A stretch of 56,198 nucleotides of DNA, taken from a virus. Taxonomy: Duplodnaviria > Caudoviricetes. Below are positions 19,412 through 28,468 of this stretch, in pieces. Location: positions 1-56,198 of the IMG/VR virus record IMGVR_UViG_3300012940_000002; one strand, written 5' to 3'. The notes under the pieces were generated by a model that searched no databases, was not told the origin of the DNA, and saw nothing but the letters and a program-made list of their open reading frames with translations. Numbering within the stretch: the stretch's first letter is position 1; every line of letters starts with the position of its first letter. Both the position numbers and the translations under genes were made by a program.

Positions 19412-20408
19412 TCCAGTCTCCTTCCAAGACTGCTTCTTCTTCTACTTGCACGTCCCGCTCTCCATAAAGCATAGAGAGCTGGACCGGGCACGCCTTGTTT
19501 CCCTTGTCCCCACGACCGTGAGGGTTTGCGGGACAGAACGTGCAGTGAGCACCAGGCGTCAGAGTCAGGTCTCCGGCGAGAATCGCTCGCTCGGAGTCCA
19601 ACATGTCCTCCGACCATTGCTCCAGTCGCTCGTGCGACACGATCCAACTGTTGAAGTTGTTCCGCTGCATGATGTGGAGCTCAGCATCACTATAGTCTCT
19701 CGCTCCCATCGTCCACGCGTAGTACATCAACTGAGTATTGTTCGTGGCATCGACTGGGATCTCTCCCGCTTTTAGATCCAAGACAAGGAACCGCTTGCTG
19801 TCATACAAGATGACGTCAGCCGTAGTCTTGGGTCTCGTGGTGAGCCAGTCAGCTTCCCGCTTCTCTTCCACAAGCAGAGTGTAGTCGTCTTCCATCTCAT
19901 CGATGAGGTCGGCTACATACTCTAGTGCTTCAGCGAGAAACAGGATGAAGCGCGGCTCAACACTCTTCAGTCGGGTATCAATCACGTTTGCTGACGTGTC
20001 GAGAACTTCAATCTCATTCACGAGCCCCTCGAACAGAAGCTCAGCATCGAGAGGCGGTGCTGTCTTCGTCTTGAGGAACCACTGAATGATATAGTTCTTC
20101 TTGTCTTGCAACAGTTGAATGCGAGCAGTGCCTCGAACGTCCGCTATCCACCTCAGGAGGCTTGCACTCTCACGGAGAGTTTCCGGAGAGGAAAGCGCGA
20201 CCTCGAAAATTTTGTGACGTTTTGTACCCTGGCCTTTCATCCCGTTGTCGTTACGTTCCGGGTACTCGAAGCCCTCGATCGCTTGATCGAGGCGAGCAGA
20301 GCCGTGGCACTTGTGGTAGCGACTAGCGTACGACGCGCTGAACCGGAAGTCACGGTGCAGCGGGATGATGTCGTTCTTGTCGAGCGTATCGAGCTGTTCT
20401 GTTGTCAT
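19404..20408 (-). CDS. Cas4-like / DUF2800 PD-(D/E)xK exonuclease
   Basis: SASYASRYHKCHGS, QGTKRH, TADV...DLKAG, QLMYYA, HCTFCPA...C; an in-frame upstream start at 20645 is possible. Confidence 0.85.
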   Translation of the reverse strand: MTTEQLDTLDKNDIIPLHRDFRFSASYASRYHKCHGSARLDQAIEGFEYPERNDNGMKGQGTKRHKIFEVALSSPETLRESASLLRWIADVRGTARIQLLQDKKNYIIQWFLKTKTAPPLDAELLFEGLVNEIEVLDTSANVIDTRLKSVEPRFILFLAEALEYVADLIDEMEDDYTLLVEEKREADWLTTRPKTTADVILYDSKRFLVLDLKAGEIPVDATNNTQLMYYAWTMGARDYSDAELHIMQRNNFNSWIVSHERLEQWSEDMLDSERAILAGDLTLTPGAHCTFCPANPHGRGDKGNKACPVQLSMLYGERDVQVEEEAVLEGDWNE

Positions 20409-20625
20409 GGGTCCCTTCAATCTCGATCTGTCGAGACCTGAACCCATGAGCAGGGCAGGCTCGACTCCCACTGCTCTAAGCAGGGCTGTGTGTTTCTTAC
20501 AGGTTGTGTAGATGGTCTGACACCACTCGTTACACGAGGGTACCTCACACCGAATCAGCGTGGTACAGGCGTAGCACGTGTCGAAGTCGCGCCAGACATA
20601 CCGCTTGACGAGGTCTCCGCAGACG

Positions 20626-20853
20626 CTACACAGCCGCCGAGACACTCTCCTGCTCCTGCTTCTTTGCTTCCTCACGATCGAGGTTGCGGTGCGGCTGACC
20701 ACAAGGGCACATGCAGATGTTGCCACGGTGGTTCTTCGGGAAGCGACACGCGTGTCGCCTGCCGTTCACGAACTTACCTTTCTTCTCTTCGTACGTGGAC
20801 CACATTGTCCCACACAATTCATCTTCCACGAGTTCTCCTTTGCTTGCTACCAT
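20626..20853 (-). CDS. Small Cys/His-rich protein
   Basis: 75 aa, HACRFPKNHRGNICMCPCG. Confidence 0.6.
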   Translation of the reverse strand: MVASKGELVEDELCGTMWSTYEEKKGKFVNGRRHACRFPKNHRGNICMCPCGQPHRNLDREEAKKQEQESVSAAV

Positions 20854-20958
20854 CGGGTGAGTGGTGGCCGGGCGGGTGTAGTAGCCTGTTCATCCCGTGA
20901 TCCCGCTTACGTCGAGGCCCATATCGAACCACCACTGGTTATTCAGTTGTAGTAGGGA

Positions 20959-21711
20959 TTACTCCCAGTCGTCCCCGTCTTCGAGGACGTCGGCGTCGTT
21001 ACCACCACCGAGAACCGGCAGACCCTTGTGGGGCAGCAGGTACAGGGTGTTGGCGTACGCCGTCACGCCAAGCGTTGCTGCGTCGAACGCGTTCATGCGC
21101 ATCCCGACACGGAAGTGCCAGTTCGAGCCCCACCACAGTGCGTTGGGGTCCGACCGCTCTTCCGGCAGATCGATCTCGGAGAGACGGACAGCAACCTGGT
21201 TACCATCCTCGTCCTTGATGATTGCCTTCTTAGCGAACGGCTTGTTGTCGTACGGACCCGAGAACTTGATCTTGTAGACGTAGCCCTCGGGAGCGTTCTG
21301 CTGGTCCTTCTCCGTCAGGTAACGGATCGGGAGGTTCGGCTTCTCGGACCGTCCCTCCTTCACCAGCCACTGCTCGGCCTTGACCTGCTCGATGAGCTCA
21401 TCGACGAGGTCAGAGGCCAGGCCCTTCTTCCCGTTGGTGAGGTCGTACAGCTCCTTGACGAACGGCAGGTACGTGTCCGAGAGGTACGTCCGTGCCTTGT
21501 CGTAGCCGTCCTGCGTGAGCAGCAGGTTGGCGCCGATCTTGTCTTCGTACTTCGGCGGTGCGATGTTGCGTCGCGTCCGCCACTCCTGGAGAGCCGCCAG
21601 GTCGTCTTCACTCGTGAGCGGGAAGGACAGAATCCCTTCCACCACGAGGTTCTTCGGCCAGGGGATCTCCACTCGCGAGTCCGCACCCTTGGTCTTGCTT
21701 GCTGTTGCCAT
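20959..21711 (-). CDS. Single-stranded DNA-binding protein (T7 gp2.5 / DUF2815-like)
   Basis: LSFP N-terminal motif, acidic tail DADVLEDGDDWE, position upstream of Cas4-like and PolA genes, strong codon bias. Confidence 0.65.
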   Translation of the reverse strand: MATASKTKGADSRVEIPWPKNLVVEGILSFPLTSEDDLAALQEWRTRRNIAPPKYEDKIGANLLLTQDGYDKARTYLSDTYLPFVKELYDLTNGKKGLASDLVDELIEQVKAEQWLVKEGRSEKPNLPIRYLTEKDQQNAPEGYVYKIKFSGPYDNKPFAKKAIIKDEDGNQVAVRLSEIDLPEERSDPNALWWGSNWHFRVGMRMNAFDAATLGVTAYANTLYLLPHKGLPVLGGGNDADVLEDGDDWE

Positions 21712-21775
21712 GTCTTTTGCTCTTTCTTTCTTTCGTGGCGATAGTGGTTGCTTGACTCGTTGCTTGACTTGCTGC

Positions 21776-21985
21776 TTACCTTCGACGACGCAAGAGGTCC
21801 TCGACCAGATGATCAAGGAACCTCGGAGCCTTGGTGATCGTGTGTCGGAAACCGACCTTACCCATTTTAACTGTGGTATTGCAGGTCTCGCACTTCCAGA
21901 TGTAATAGACGTTCGTGACGTGCTTGATTTTGAACTGGTGATGGTGCCTGGTATTAGGAACCCAGGTACCTAGATTCATGCTCAT
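21776..21985 (-). CDS. Small zinc-ribbon-like protein
   Basis: HHH...CETC; ATGA coupling. Confidence 0.55.
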   Translation of the reverse strand: MSMNLGTWVPNTRHHHQFKIKHVTNVYYIWKCETCNTTVKMGKVGFRHTITKAPRFLDHLVEDLLRRRR

Positions 21986-22302
21986 TCGACTGGAGTCCAG
22001 GCCGTCGCAACCTCGACTCTACTCACGTCGGGGTGAGTCATGAGATCGAGAAACTGTTCGTGCGAGTAAATGTTTCGCACATTGACGACGGACGATTCCG
22101 GTCGGGTGGTCGACGTGGTCCACCACCGGCCCGCTGAGAAGATCGCGACGTACGTCAGCTTCTTCCCGCTAGCCGGGTGCTTCTTGCGGAAGCGAACCAC
22201 GGCGTTCTTGACGGAGAGGCGACTCGTCGCCTTCTCCTTGCGCTTGTCGGCGATCTGTGAGATGATCGCCAGGTTCTCCTGCTCCTTGTCGGTGCTCGAC
22301 AC
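21982..22302 (-). CDS. Hypothetical protein
   Basis: GTG start at 22302 after GAGG. Confidence 0.7.
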   Translation of the reverse strand: MSSTDKEQENLAIISQIADKRKEKATSRLSVKNAVVRFRKKHPASGKKLTYVAIFSAGRWWTTSTTRPESSVVNVRNIYSHEQFLDLMTHPDVSRVEVATAWTPVE

Positions 22303-22319
22303 GTGCTTACCTCTCTCTC

Positions 22320-22571
22320 TTAACTGACAGAGAGGGCGTTGATCAGGTCCGGCCGGAAGCCAGCCCAATGATCTTCGCCCTCATTGATGAGAACCACAGG
22401 CGCAGACTGGTGACCCATGTCCTTGAACCGCGCGAGATCCTCGTCCGTCAACACGTGCCTCGTGTACTCGATTCCCTTCTTCTTCAGAAGGTTCTCGGTC
22501 ATGATGCACTGACGGCACTCAGGTTCCCACTTAGTCTTCGGCTCGGGCTTGACGAAGACGTCGATCTGCAC
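22320..22571 (-). CDS. nrdH: NrdH-like glutaredoxin
   Basis: CRQC, SAPVV and WAGFRPDLI motifs. Confidence 0.9.
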   Translation of the reverse strand: MQIDVFVKPEPKTKWEPECRQCIMTENLLKKKGIEYTRHVLTDEDLARFKDMGHQSAPVVLINEGEDHWAGFRPDLINALSVS

Positions 22572-22667
22572 TTGTTCTCCTCGGGTGTTAATGATGTTTG
22601 ACCCGTTCCACGGAGGGTCAGACCGCCTAGAGTCTAGGTATTTAGTTGTGGGTCAGACGTCGACCGT

Positions 22668-23666
22668 TCAGACGTTGACTGCATCCAGTGCGAGGCTGTG
22701 AGCAGCAGCCAGCACGTCAGTCGGTTCGAGTACCGCTCGCTTGAAGCGGGTGAGAGGTGACTGAGCACGGCGAATGTGCTCGTTCCACGAGGACGCTGCC
22801 TCGAAGAGCGAGAGGGCAGTGCCCCGAATACCGTCCTGTCTCTCACTGTAGAGCTCCATGATGAGCTCTGCACGGTCGATCTGGATATTTGTCTTGACCC
22901 GCTCCGACGTCAGTGCGCCGTGCGGCTCTGGAATGAAGTGCTCAACGAACCAGTTGGTCTGGTCCGTCGTCACTTTCTGAGTGAGCATGAACTCCTTGGC
23001 GAGCCGGAACTCGTTGATGCTCGCTCGCCACCCTGCCAGAGCCTCACGAATCTCTTCGACCCGTTCCTTGAGGTTAGCACCGTGACGGAAGGCGAAGTTC
23101 ACGCCCTGAGCCTCAGCGATCATGTCGCTCGCTCGTGACGTGTTCCAGCACACGATGCGCACGTTCGTGGCTTGACCACGGAACGCTGCACCGGGAGCGT
23201 AGGAGTTCTGTAGAGCGAAGTACGGCAGGAAGAGACCTTGTGGGTCTCCGTTCACCGTGACAGGCTCATCGAGCTTGATCAGGATCCAGATGTCCCTGCC
23301 TCCATTGAGGGAGCCAGCGGTCTCGATGAGGATGTTCTTGTCATCGTTCTGGATGAGTTCGGCGAGGTCCCAGACTTCGCTGGGCTGGACCTCGACACGA
23401 GGCTTCGGCACCGAGGCCAGCGGCATTCCCGTGTCGGATCGGACGTTGAGTTCTTCGTCCTCGTAGAGAACGAATTCCTCGTAGGGCTCGCCGTCCTTGA
23501 TGCCGTAGACCTTACGGTACAGCGGCTCTCGGATGACTTGCCAGTCGTGAACGAGCTTCTCGGCCTCTTCTCTCGTGGGATAGTCGTCCCACAAGTCTTC
23601 AAGGCCGTGCCACGTTGGTTGTCGAACAGACAGGATCCTGTCGTGTTCGGTCTTACCGTGCCCCAT
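22668..23666 (-). CDS. DUF932 family protein
   Basis: WHGL, ETAGSLNGGR, VRIVCWNT and FRH motifs. Confidence 0.85.
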   Translation of the reverse strand: MGHGKTEHDRILSVRQPTWHGLEDLWDDYPTREEAEKLVHDWQVIREPLYRKVYGIKDGEPYEEFVLYEDEELNVRSDTGMPLASVPKPRVEVQPSEVWDLAELIQNDDKNILIETAGSLNGGRDIWILIKLDEPVTVNGDPQGLFLPYFALQNSYAPGAAFRGQATNVRIVCWNTSRASDMIAEAQGVNFAFRHGANLKERVEEIREALAGWRASINEFRLAKEFMLTQKVTTDQTNWFVEHFIPEPHGALTSERVKTNIQIDRAELIMELYSERQDGIRGTALSLFEAASSWNEHIRRAQSPLTRFKRAVLEPTDVLAAAHSLALDAVNV

Positions 23667-23716
23667 CGTTGTTCCTTCCTTTGGAGCGAACAGTCCGGCG
23701 TCTGACCGTTAGTTCT

Positions 23717-23727
23717 ATCATACCACA
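23717..23727 (-). promoter_or_regulatory. Extended -10 promoter TGTGG-TATGAT
   Basis: Intergenic, about 50 nt upstream of the DUF932 start. Confidence 0.6.
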
Positions 23728-23877
23728 GTCCCGCCGACGCCGGGTGTCAGGAGTGGTACGAGTGATTAGAGTGGCTCACGCCACGCGCCCGCCTCTGGCC
23801 CCGGAACCCCACCCCAGTGGGGGAGCCTCGGGTGGCCCGCGCGGGGCTGAGAGGCAGGCGCGCGGCGTCGCTCTGGG

Positions 23878-24141
23878 TCAGATGTTGGTACAGGTGCAGT
23901 TGTCCTGGTGGAGTGCCGCCGCCTTTAGGTCGATGACCTGCTGCTCCCAGTGCTCGATGTCCTCGAAGGACAGGTCGTCACGCTGAGCGGCGATCAAGTT
24001 CTCGAGTTCGGCAGCCTGCTGTCGCAGAGCCTCTGCTGCTCGGTGGTGCTCAGCCTTGTGAGCCACCTCCCGCTTCCTCTCGTAGTACTTCTTCGCCAGC
24101 TTTTTCTGGTAGCGCGTGTTGGTTATTACCATGATCGGCAT
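23878..24141 (-). CDS. Hypothetical coiled-coil protein
   Basis: RBS AAGGAG, 87 aa. Confidence 0.7.
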   Translation of the reverse strand: MPIMVITNTRYQKKLAKKYYERKREVAHKAEHHRAAEALRQQAAELENLIAAQRDDLSFEDIEHWEQQVIDLKAAALHQDNCTCTNI

Positions 24142-24364
24142 GGGTCTCTCCTTCTTGGATGGTCATGATGATGGTGTCAGGGCTCTCGTCTAAGTAAGCG
24201 ACGAGAGCGAACTTGAGGGCTTCAAGCTGGCAGCGATGTGGAGCGAAGCTTTGCTTAGCTAGGTCCTGGATCACGACACGAATATAGTTCAAGTCTACAT
24301 CGTGTAGCTCTACCAGTTCGTCACACCCAGGACAGATGAACGAGACAATGCGTGAGGCAGACAT
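24050..24364 (-). CDS. Hypothetical protein with CxxC
   Basis: TGATG coupling; 3' end overlaps the next gene. Confidence 0.55.
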   Translation of the reverse strand: MSASRIVSFICPGCDELVELHDVDLNYIRVVIQDLAKQSFAPHRCQLEALKFALVAYLDESPDTIIMTIQEGETHADHGNNQHALPEKAGEEVLREEAGGGSQG

Positions 24365-24660
24365 CAGTCCTCCGGCCTGTGCAGTGCATCTTCGAGAGCA
24401 CGCTCACAGTACACGGTACCGAGCAATGTCTTCAAGTAGACAACAGCCACGTTACCGAGTTGAGTAGCGTACACTCGACGCTTGACTCCCTCGCCTTTAA
24501 GAACGACAAGGTAACCCATGCCCTTCTCTGTGTACGGTTCGTCGGACTTCGCACGAGGAACGTCGGTCACAATGACCGTCTTGATTGCATCGTCCTTGAG
24601 GTAGAACAAGCCGTTGTCCTGAACATCGACATTGTTCTCGAGGTTCCGTGCTTGTGTCAT
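24364..24660 (-). CDS. Hypothetical protein
   Basis: RBS AAGGAG, ATGA coupling. Confidence 0.7.
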   Translation of the reverse strand: MTQARNLENNVDVQDNGLFYLKDDAIKTVIVTDVPRAKSDEPYTEKGMGYLVVLKGEGVKRRVYATQLGNVAVVYLKTLLGTVYCERALEDALHRPED

Positions 24661-24950
24661 GCTATCTCCTTGAAGAATCTAAACAGTGTTTGCTTGAGTA
24701 GGATCTCTTCGAGGTCCTGGATCTTTGTCATGCGCATCATGCCGTTCGGCTTGATGATGAGACGGACTCGGTTGTCAGGGAGCGGGACGAGGACGACGAG
24801 CAGAGCAGGTCGTCCTCGCCCCAGTTGAACCTCGTACGGTCGCTCACTCCCGATGTACATGCGTACGAACGGGAGGTCGAGCGCGACGAGAACGTGTTCG
24901 AGCGTCTTGTTGAGCTCGATGACTTTACTCAGGTAGGCTGTCTTCAGCAC
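24657..24950 (-). CDS. Hypothetical protein
   Basis: GTG start after GAGG. Confidence 0.65.
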   Translation of the reverse strand: MLKTAYLSKVIELNKTLEHVLVALDLPFVRMYIGSERPYEVQLGRGRPALLVVLVPLPDNRVRLIIKPNGMMRMTKIQDLEEILLKQTLFRFFKEIA

Positions 24951-25086
24951 GAGCCTCGACCACCGAACACATCATGAGCGCCTCGCTCATTGACTCTGCT
25001 TGAACCTGCCAGTGCTTGCTTTCAGCACTGGGATCAAGCATTCCATCCATCTTGAGAACGCCAATGGACACGAGAAAAGTCTTCAT
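24925..25086 (-). CDS. Hypothetical protein (53 aa)
   Basis: ATGA coupling at 25086. Confidence 0.5.
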   Translation of the reverse strand: MKTFLVSIGVLKMDGMLDPSAESKHWQVQAESMSEALMMCSVVEARAEDSLPE

Positions 25087-25403
25087 TCGGGGTACCCCCG
25101 TACCATGATCGGGAACCCGAGAGGGTTCTCCAACATGACAACTGTCCAATAGTAGTCGATCGAACCAATATTAGTCTCTCGGATCTCTCTTGGTGTGTCA
25201 CGCAGAGCGTCATTGATGAGCACGTCGAAGTCAACCCACTTGTCGGGCTTCTTCATTACGACAAAGTCGTTGTACGCCCACTTACCTGACGGCTTGAAGA
25301 ACGTGATGGGCCACACGTCGGAGATCTCTCCGTAACGTTCTGCTACTTGGTTGAGACCCTTGTAGGCCTCTCTGATTGCTAGTGATACGTTGATGTCTGT
25401 CAT
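25083..25403 (-). CDS. Hypothetical protein
   Basis: ATGA coupling at 25403 after AGGA. Confidence 0.7.
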   Translation of the reverse strand: MTDINVSLAIREAYKGLNQVAERYGEISDVWPITFFKPSGKWAYNDFVVMKKPDKWVDFDVLINDALRDTPREIRETNIGSIDYYWTVVMLENPLGFPIMVRGYPE

Positions 25404-25585
25404 GCTTGTCTTCCTAGCGCTTGCGGAGTATGGATCGGACAGTCCGGATTCCACTCACCTTCGAGGTATGAGCCGAGCTGAGGTTCACCAGGGATACTGA
25501 CCGCTACGTGGTAACACGTACAACCCTCACAGACATGAGTCATGTAGTGAGTGTTTGGCGCACCACAGAATGCACACTCGTCCAT
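25400..25585 (-). CDS. Small Cys/His-rich protein
   Basis: CAFC...HVCEGCTC...CPIH; RBS AGGAG. Confidence 0.65.
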   Translation of the reverse strand: MDECAFCGAPNTHYMTHVCEGCTCYHVAVSIPGEPQLGSYLEGEWNPDCPIHTPQALGRQA

Positions 25586-25680
25586 GCTTGTCTCCTATCG
25601 TAGCGAGAGGCCCGACACCCCGTAGTGGAGGGTGTCGGGCCTCTCTATCCCTTGGTAGCGGGATCTTCGAAGGGCGAGCG

Positions 25681-26148
25681 TCAGACCTCGACGCCCTGCG
25701 CCTTCAGGAGTGCGGCGAGCTCCGCCAGGTCCTCGGGCGAGGCGGAAGCGAGGAGGTCCTCGGCCTTCTCCTTGACCGTGCGAACCTTGCGCGGCTTCTT
25801 CTCACGCATCTTCTCCTCGAACGCCTCCGAGTTGAAGGCGAACCCGGCGTAGCCGTTGAGAGGATCCGTGTTCGTGAGCGCCTTGACAGCCAGCTCGAGC
25901 TGCTTCTCGTCGCTCTTCTTGCGGAACTCCTCGACCGGGTTCCCGACGCGATCGGCGACTGCGGCGATCGCAGGGACCTGGTCGCCGAAGAACTCCTCAA
26001 GACGGTCGGGCGCGAGCGTCGAGATGATGTTGAAGTACTCGACCAGACGCTTGGGCGACTGACGAGGACGAGTACCGATCGCTGCACGCGTGGCGGCGGC
26101 GGCCTCCGAGACCTCCGTGGTGGTCTCTTCCTGCTTGTTGCGAGCCAT
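25681..26148 (-). CDS. Hypothetical protein, probably highly expressed (155 aa)
   Basis: Strong GC3 bias, RBS AGGAAGGA, own promoter and structured leader. Confidence 0.85.
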   Translation of the reverse strand: MARNKQEETTTEVSEAAAATRAAIGTRPRQSPKRLVEYFNIISTLAPDRLEEFFGDQVPAIAAVADRVGNPVEEFRKKSDEKQLELAVKALTNTDPLNGYAGFAFNSEAFEEKMREKKPRKVRTVKEKAEDLLASASPEDLAELAALLKAQGVEV

Positions 26149-26284
26149 GTGACTCTTTCCTTCCTGAAGGGTTGTGCCGGTGCACCGGCAACTGGGTCCG
26201 TACCCAGTGTGCGAGGGAGGGAGCCGGGACGCCAGAGCCGGTTCCCTCCCCCACGCACCGAGGGCGGTGGATGGGCGTGGTACT

Positions 26285-26293
26285 AGTATACCA
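26285..26293 (-). promoter_or_regulatory. Extended -10 promoter TGG-TATACT
   Basis: Intergenic, upstream of a hairpin-rich leader. Confidence 0.6.
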
Positions 26294-26316
26294 CGTTCTC
26301 ACCGCCGCCGCACGGC

Positions 26317-26847
26317 TCAGAGGTCGTCTATGCTGATCTCGTTGTCGAGATCATCCGTCACTTCCTGAGTGACGGGATCGAGGCTCTGCAGTTTCGTCGC
26401 GCTTTCGCCGACGATTTGAAGGTGTGCGTCCTTGATCGAATGTGCATCGATCGGTTGCACGAAATCGGTCCAGCCGTAGGCGATGACGCCCGCGTTGAAA
26501 GCCGTGGCGACGTACGTGTACGGGACTCGCTTGTCCTGCATGATCTGGAGGTAGCGCAGCCAGGCGAGCTGAGCCGACGTGAAGATATCGATCTTCAGCT
26601 TGGCCGCGATCAGGAAGTCGATCGTGCCCTCCCACTCTGCTTCCCACTTGAGGCCGAGGGACTCGATGAACGCGACGCCGAAGAGGCATGCGCCGCTTCG
26701 ACCGCCGTTGTTGGAGTACGAGCACGCGCCCTGGTACGTGTAGTCCAGACCCCGGTAAAGGATCGCGGCACGCACTGCTTTGAGGATGTCAGCGATCGAG
26801 GGCTGGATGAAGACGCGCTCGATCTGCTCCTGTCCGAGATGGTTCAC
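26317..26847 (-). CDS. Hypothetical protein (176 aa)
   Basis: GTGA coupling, phage-like codon use. Confidence 0.75.
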   Translation of the reverse strand: MNHLGQEQIERVFIQPSIADILKAVRAAILYRGLDYTYQGACSYSNNGGRSGACLFGVAFIESLGLKWEAEWEGTIDFLIAAKLKIDIFTSAQLAWLRYLQIMQDKRVPYTYVATAFNAGVIAYGWTDFVQPIDAHSIKDAHLQIVGESATKLQSLDPVTQEVTDDLDNEISIDDL

Positions 26848-27074
26848 TGCTTGTCTCGCTTTCTTTTCTTGATGGTCTCTGGCACCGGGATGGTGACCAA
26901 GTCTGTGACGATGGAGATGAGTTCCTGCACCTCGCGAGCGAGGTTATGAACTCGATTCATGGCTATCCAGATGATCTTGTCACGGTTCTTCTGGTCCATG
27001 GTGCGAATGATCTTGGCTCGATCGTCCTGATCCATTCCGATCAGACGATGAAGCCCGTAACCGTGTGGAGGCAT
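26844..27074 (-). CDS. Hypothetical protein
   Basis: Tandem MDQxxRxKII repeat; start uncertain. Confidence 0.55.
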   Translation of the reverse strand: MPPHGYGLHRLIGMDQDDRAKIIRTMDQKNRDKIIWIAMNRVHNLAREVQELISIVTDLVTIPVPETIKKRKRDKQ

Positions 27075-27134
27075 GGCCGTACTCTCTGTTGATATCTTCG
27101 AAATGGAAATCAGCGTTGATTTCCTGGTCGGTCT

Positions 27135-27383
27135 TCATGTCACACCGTCTGAGTACCAGGATGTGGCGATGACGACGAACGCCGCCCACGAGATGGCGAA
27201 CAGGATGGTGTACAGCAACCACTGGATGCCTTCACTCCTGTTGTTCTTGGCGAGCGTGAGAATGGTCATGATCAGCGAGAACGCCATGAAGACGAACGAT
27301 GCGATGATCATCACGTCGATGTAGCCGAACGCAATGAACAATGCGTAGGCAAGGATAAAGAGAATGGTGAATGCTACAATCAT
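27135..27383 (-). CDS. Membrane protein (about 3 TM segments)
   Basis: Highly hydrophobic 82 aa; RBS TAGGA. Confidence 0.8.
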   Translation of the reverse strand: MIVAFTILFILAYALFIAFGYIDVMIIASFVFMAFSLIMTILTLAKNNRSEGIQWLLYTILFAISWAAFVVIATSWYSDGVT

Positions 27384-27466
27384 GTTGCTATCCTAACTCT
27401 TGACTTGTTAATTGGGAGGGTGGCACCAACCCCCTCTACATGTTGGTGCCACCCTGTCTTGCAGCC

Positions 27467-28195
27467 TCACTCGTTCGGGCAACCCGGAGTGTGAGGGTTA
27501 CAGAAACACTCGGGACACACGTCCATGACGCTAGCCACGAGCATGGCCTGTCGAACGTGTTGTATGACTTGCTCAGCTCGATGAATGTCTTTGAGAGTCA
27601 TGCCCTGTTCGAACAGCTTGTGCAGGACCACTCGACGCTGAGACACAGCGGTCTGCGTGCGACCGAGGTGTACGGCGAGCGTCACGTCATCAAGGTCCGT
27701 GTCGTCGTTCCACGTGCGAGTGAGCACAGCCTGGTCGTCCGTGAACGTCCAAGGCTGATTGTAATTGTCGGCGGTCTTGAGCGTCTCCTGACGGAGTGCT
27801 TCCCGCCTCTCTCTGTTACGCTTTCGGTGTCGCGCTCGCTGAGCGTAGGACTTGCTCCGAGGCGACAGACCGAGCGAGTCACGGTGAGCCTTGCGCCGAC
27901 GCTGAACCCAGTCCCACGTGACCTGAGGGTGATCCCACTTGTCAACGATGTCGTTGATTGAGAGGTCATCGTTCTCGAAGTCTCGGAGCATGTCGCCCAT
28001 GTTGATGCCTTCGATGTCAGCATAGGTCTCAGGGTTCTTGCGACCACGCTTGAGAGGAGGCAGACCGACCTCTCGTCGGTGCTTCGCTCGTCCCCGCTGG
28101 ATCTGATCGTAGGAGTACTGCGGGAACATGTCGAGGATCTGAATGTTCGTGAGCGAGTCGTCCTCGAAGGCTTGCTCGATAGTGATGTCAGCCAT
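27467..28195 (-). CDS. Putative DNA-binding protein with repeated HTH-like units and a C-terminal Cys cluster
   Basis: Two DDxL...I...Q...R...HR..GLxP repeats, then WTFTDD...LAVHLGRTQTAVSQRR and CPEC...H...C. Confidence 0.65.
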   Translation of the reverse strand: MADITIEQAFEDDSLTNIQILDMFPQYSYDQIQRGRAKHRREVGLPPLKRGRKNPETYADIEGINMGDMLRDFENDDLSINDIVDKWDHPQVTWDWVQRRRKAHRDSLGLSPRSKSYAQRARHRKRNRERREALRQETLKTADNYNQPWTFTDDQAVLTRTWNDDTDLDDVTLAVHLGRTQTAVSQRRVVLHKLFEQGMTLKDIHRAEQVIQHVRQAMLVASVMDVCPECFCNPHTPGCPNE

Positions 28196-28343
28196 TTCTC
28201 TCCTGGATTGCGGGCAGGTTGTTCAGGCGAGCGTTCAGTCTGCGCATCCCGTGCTTGTTGTACCACTTGTCCCAGGCAAAGTAGCTAAGAACGAGCAGCA
28301 CGCAGAGGAGAGCGAGACCGAGCACGTACAAAATGTATAGCAT
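28188..28343 (-). CDS. Small membrane protein (51 aa)
   Basis: AGGAGG RBS, one TM helix. Confidence 0.7.
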   Translation of the reverse strand: MLYILYVLGLALLCVLLVLSYFAWDKWYNKHGMRRLNARLNNLPAIQERNG

Positions 28344-28468
28344 GTTTCCTCCTAGAAACGAGTGGGAGACGTGGAGCCAGGCTTGGGGAAGAGAGCCTGA
28401 CTCCACGCCGTTTCCCCCGTGCGCGCGTGGGCCGAGAGGCGCGCACCTACCCGAGCAGCGGGAACCGC

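Noticed and set aside
19404-20408. Cas4 as evidence of CRISPR-Cas
   Set aside because: No repeat-spacer array or other cas genes; solo Cas4-like nucleases are common beside phage PolA
26980-27138. 52-aa ATGA-coupled ORF
   Set aside because: Overlaps 26844-27074 by 95 nt with a low-complexity tail; cannot decide, so not listed as a feature
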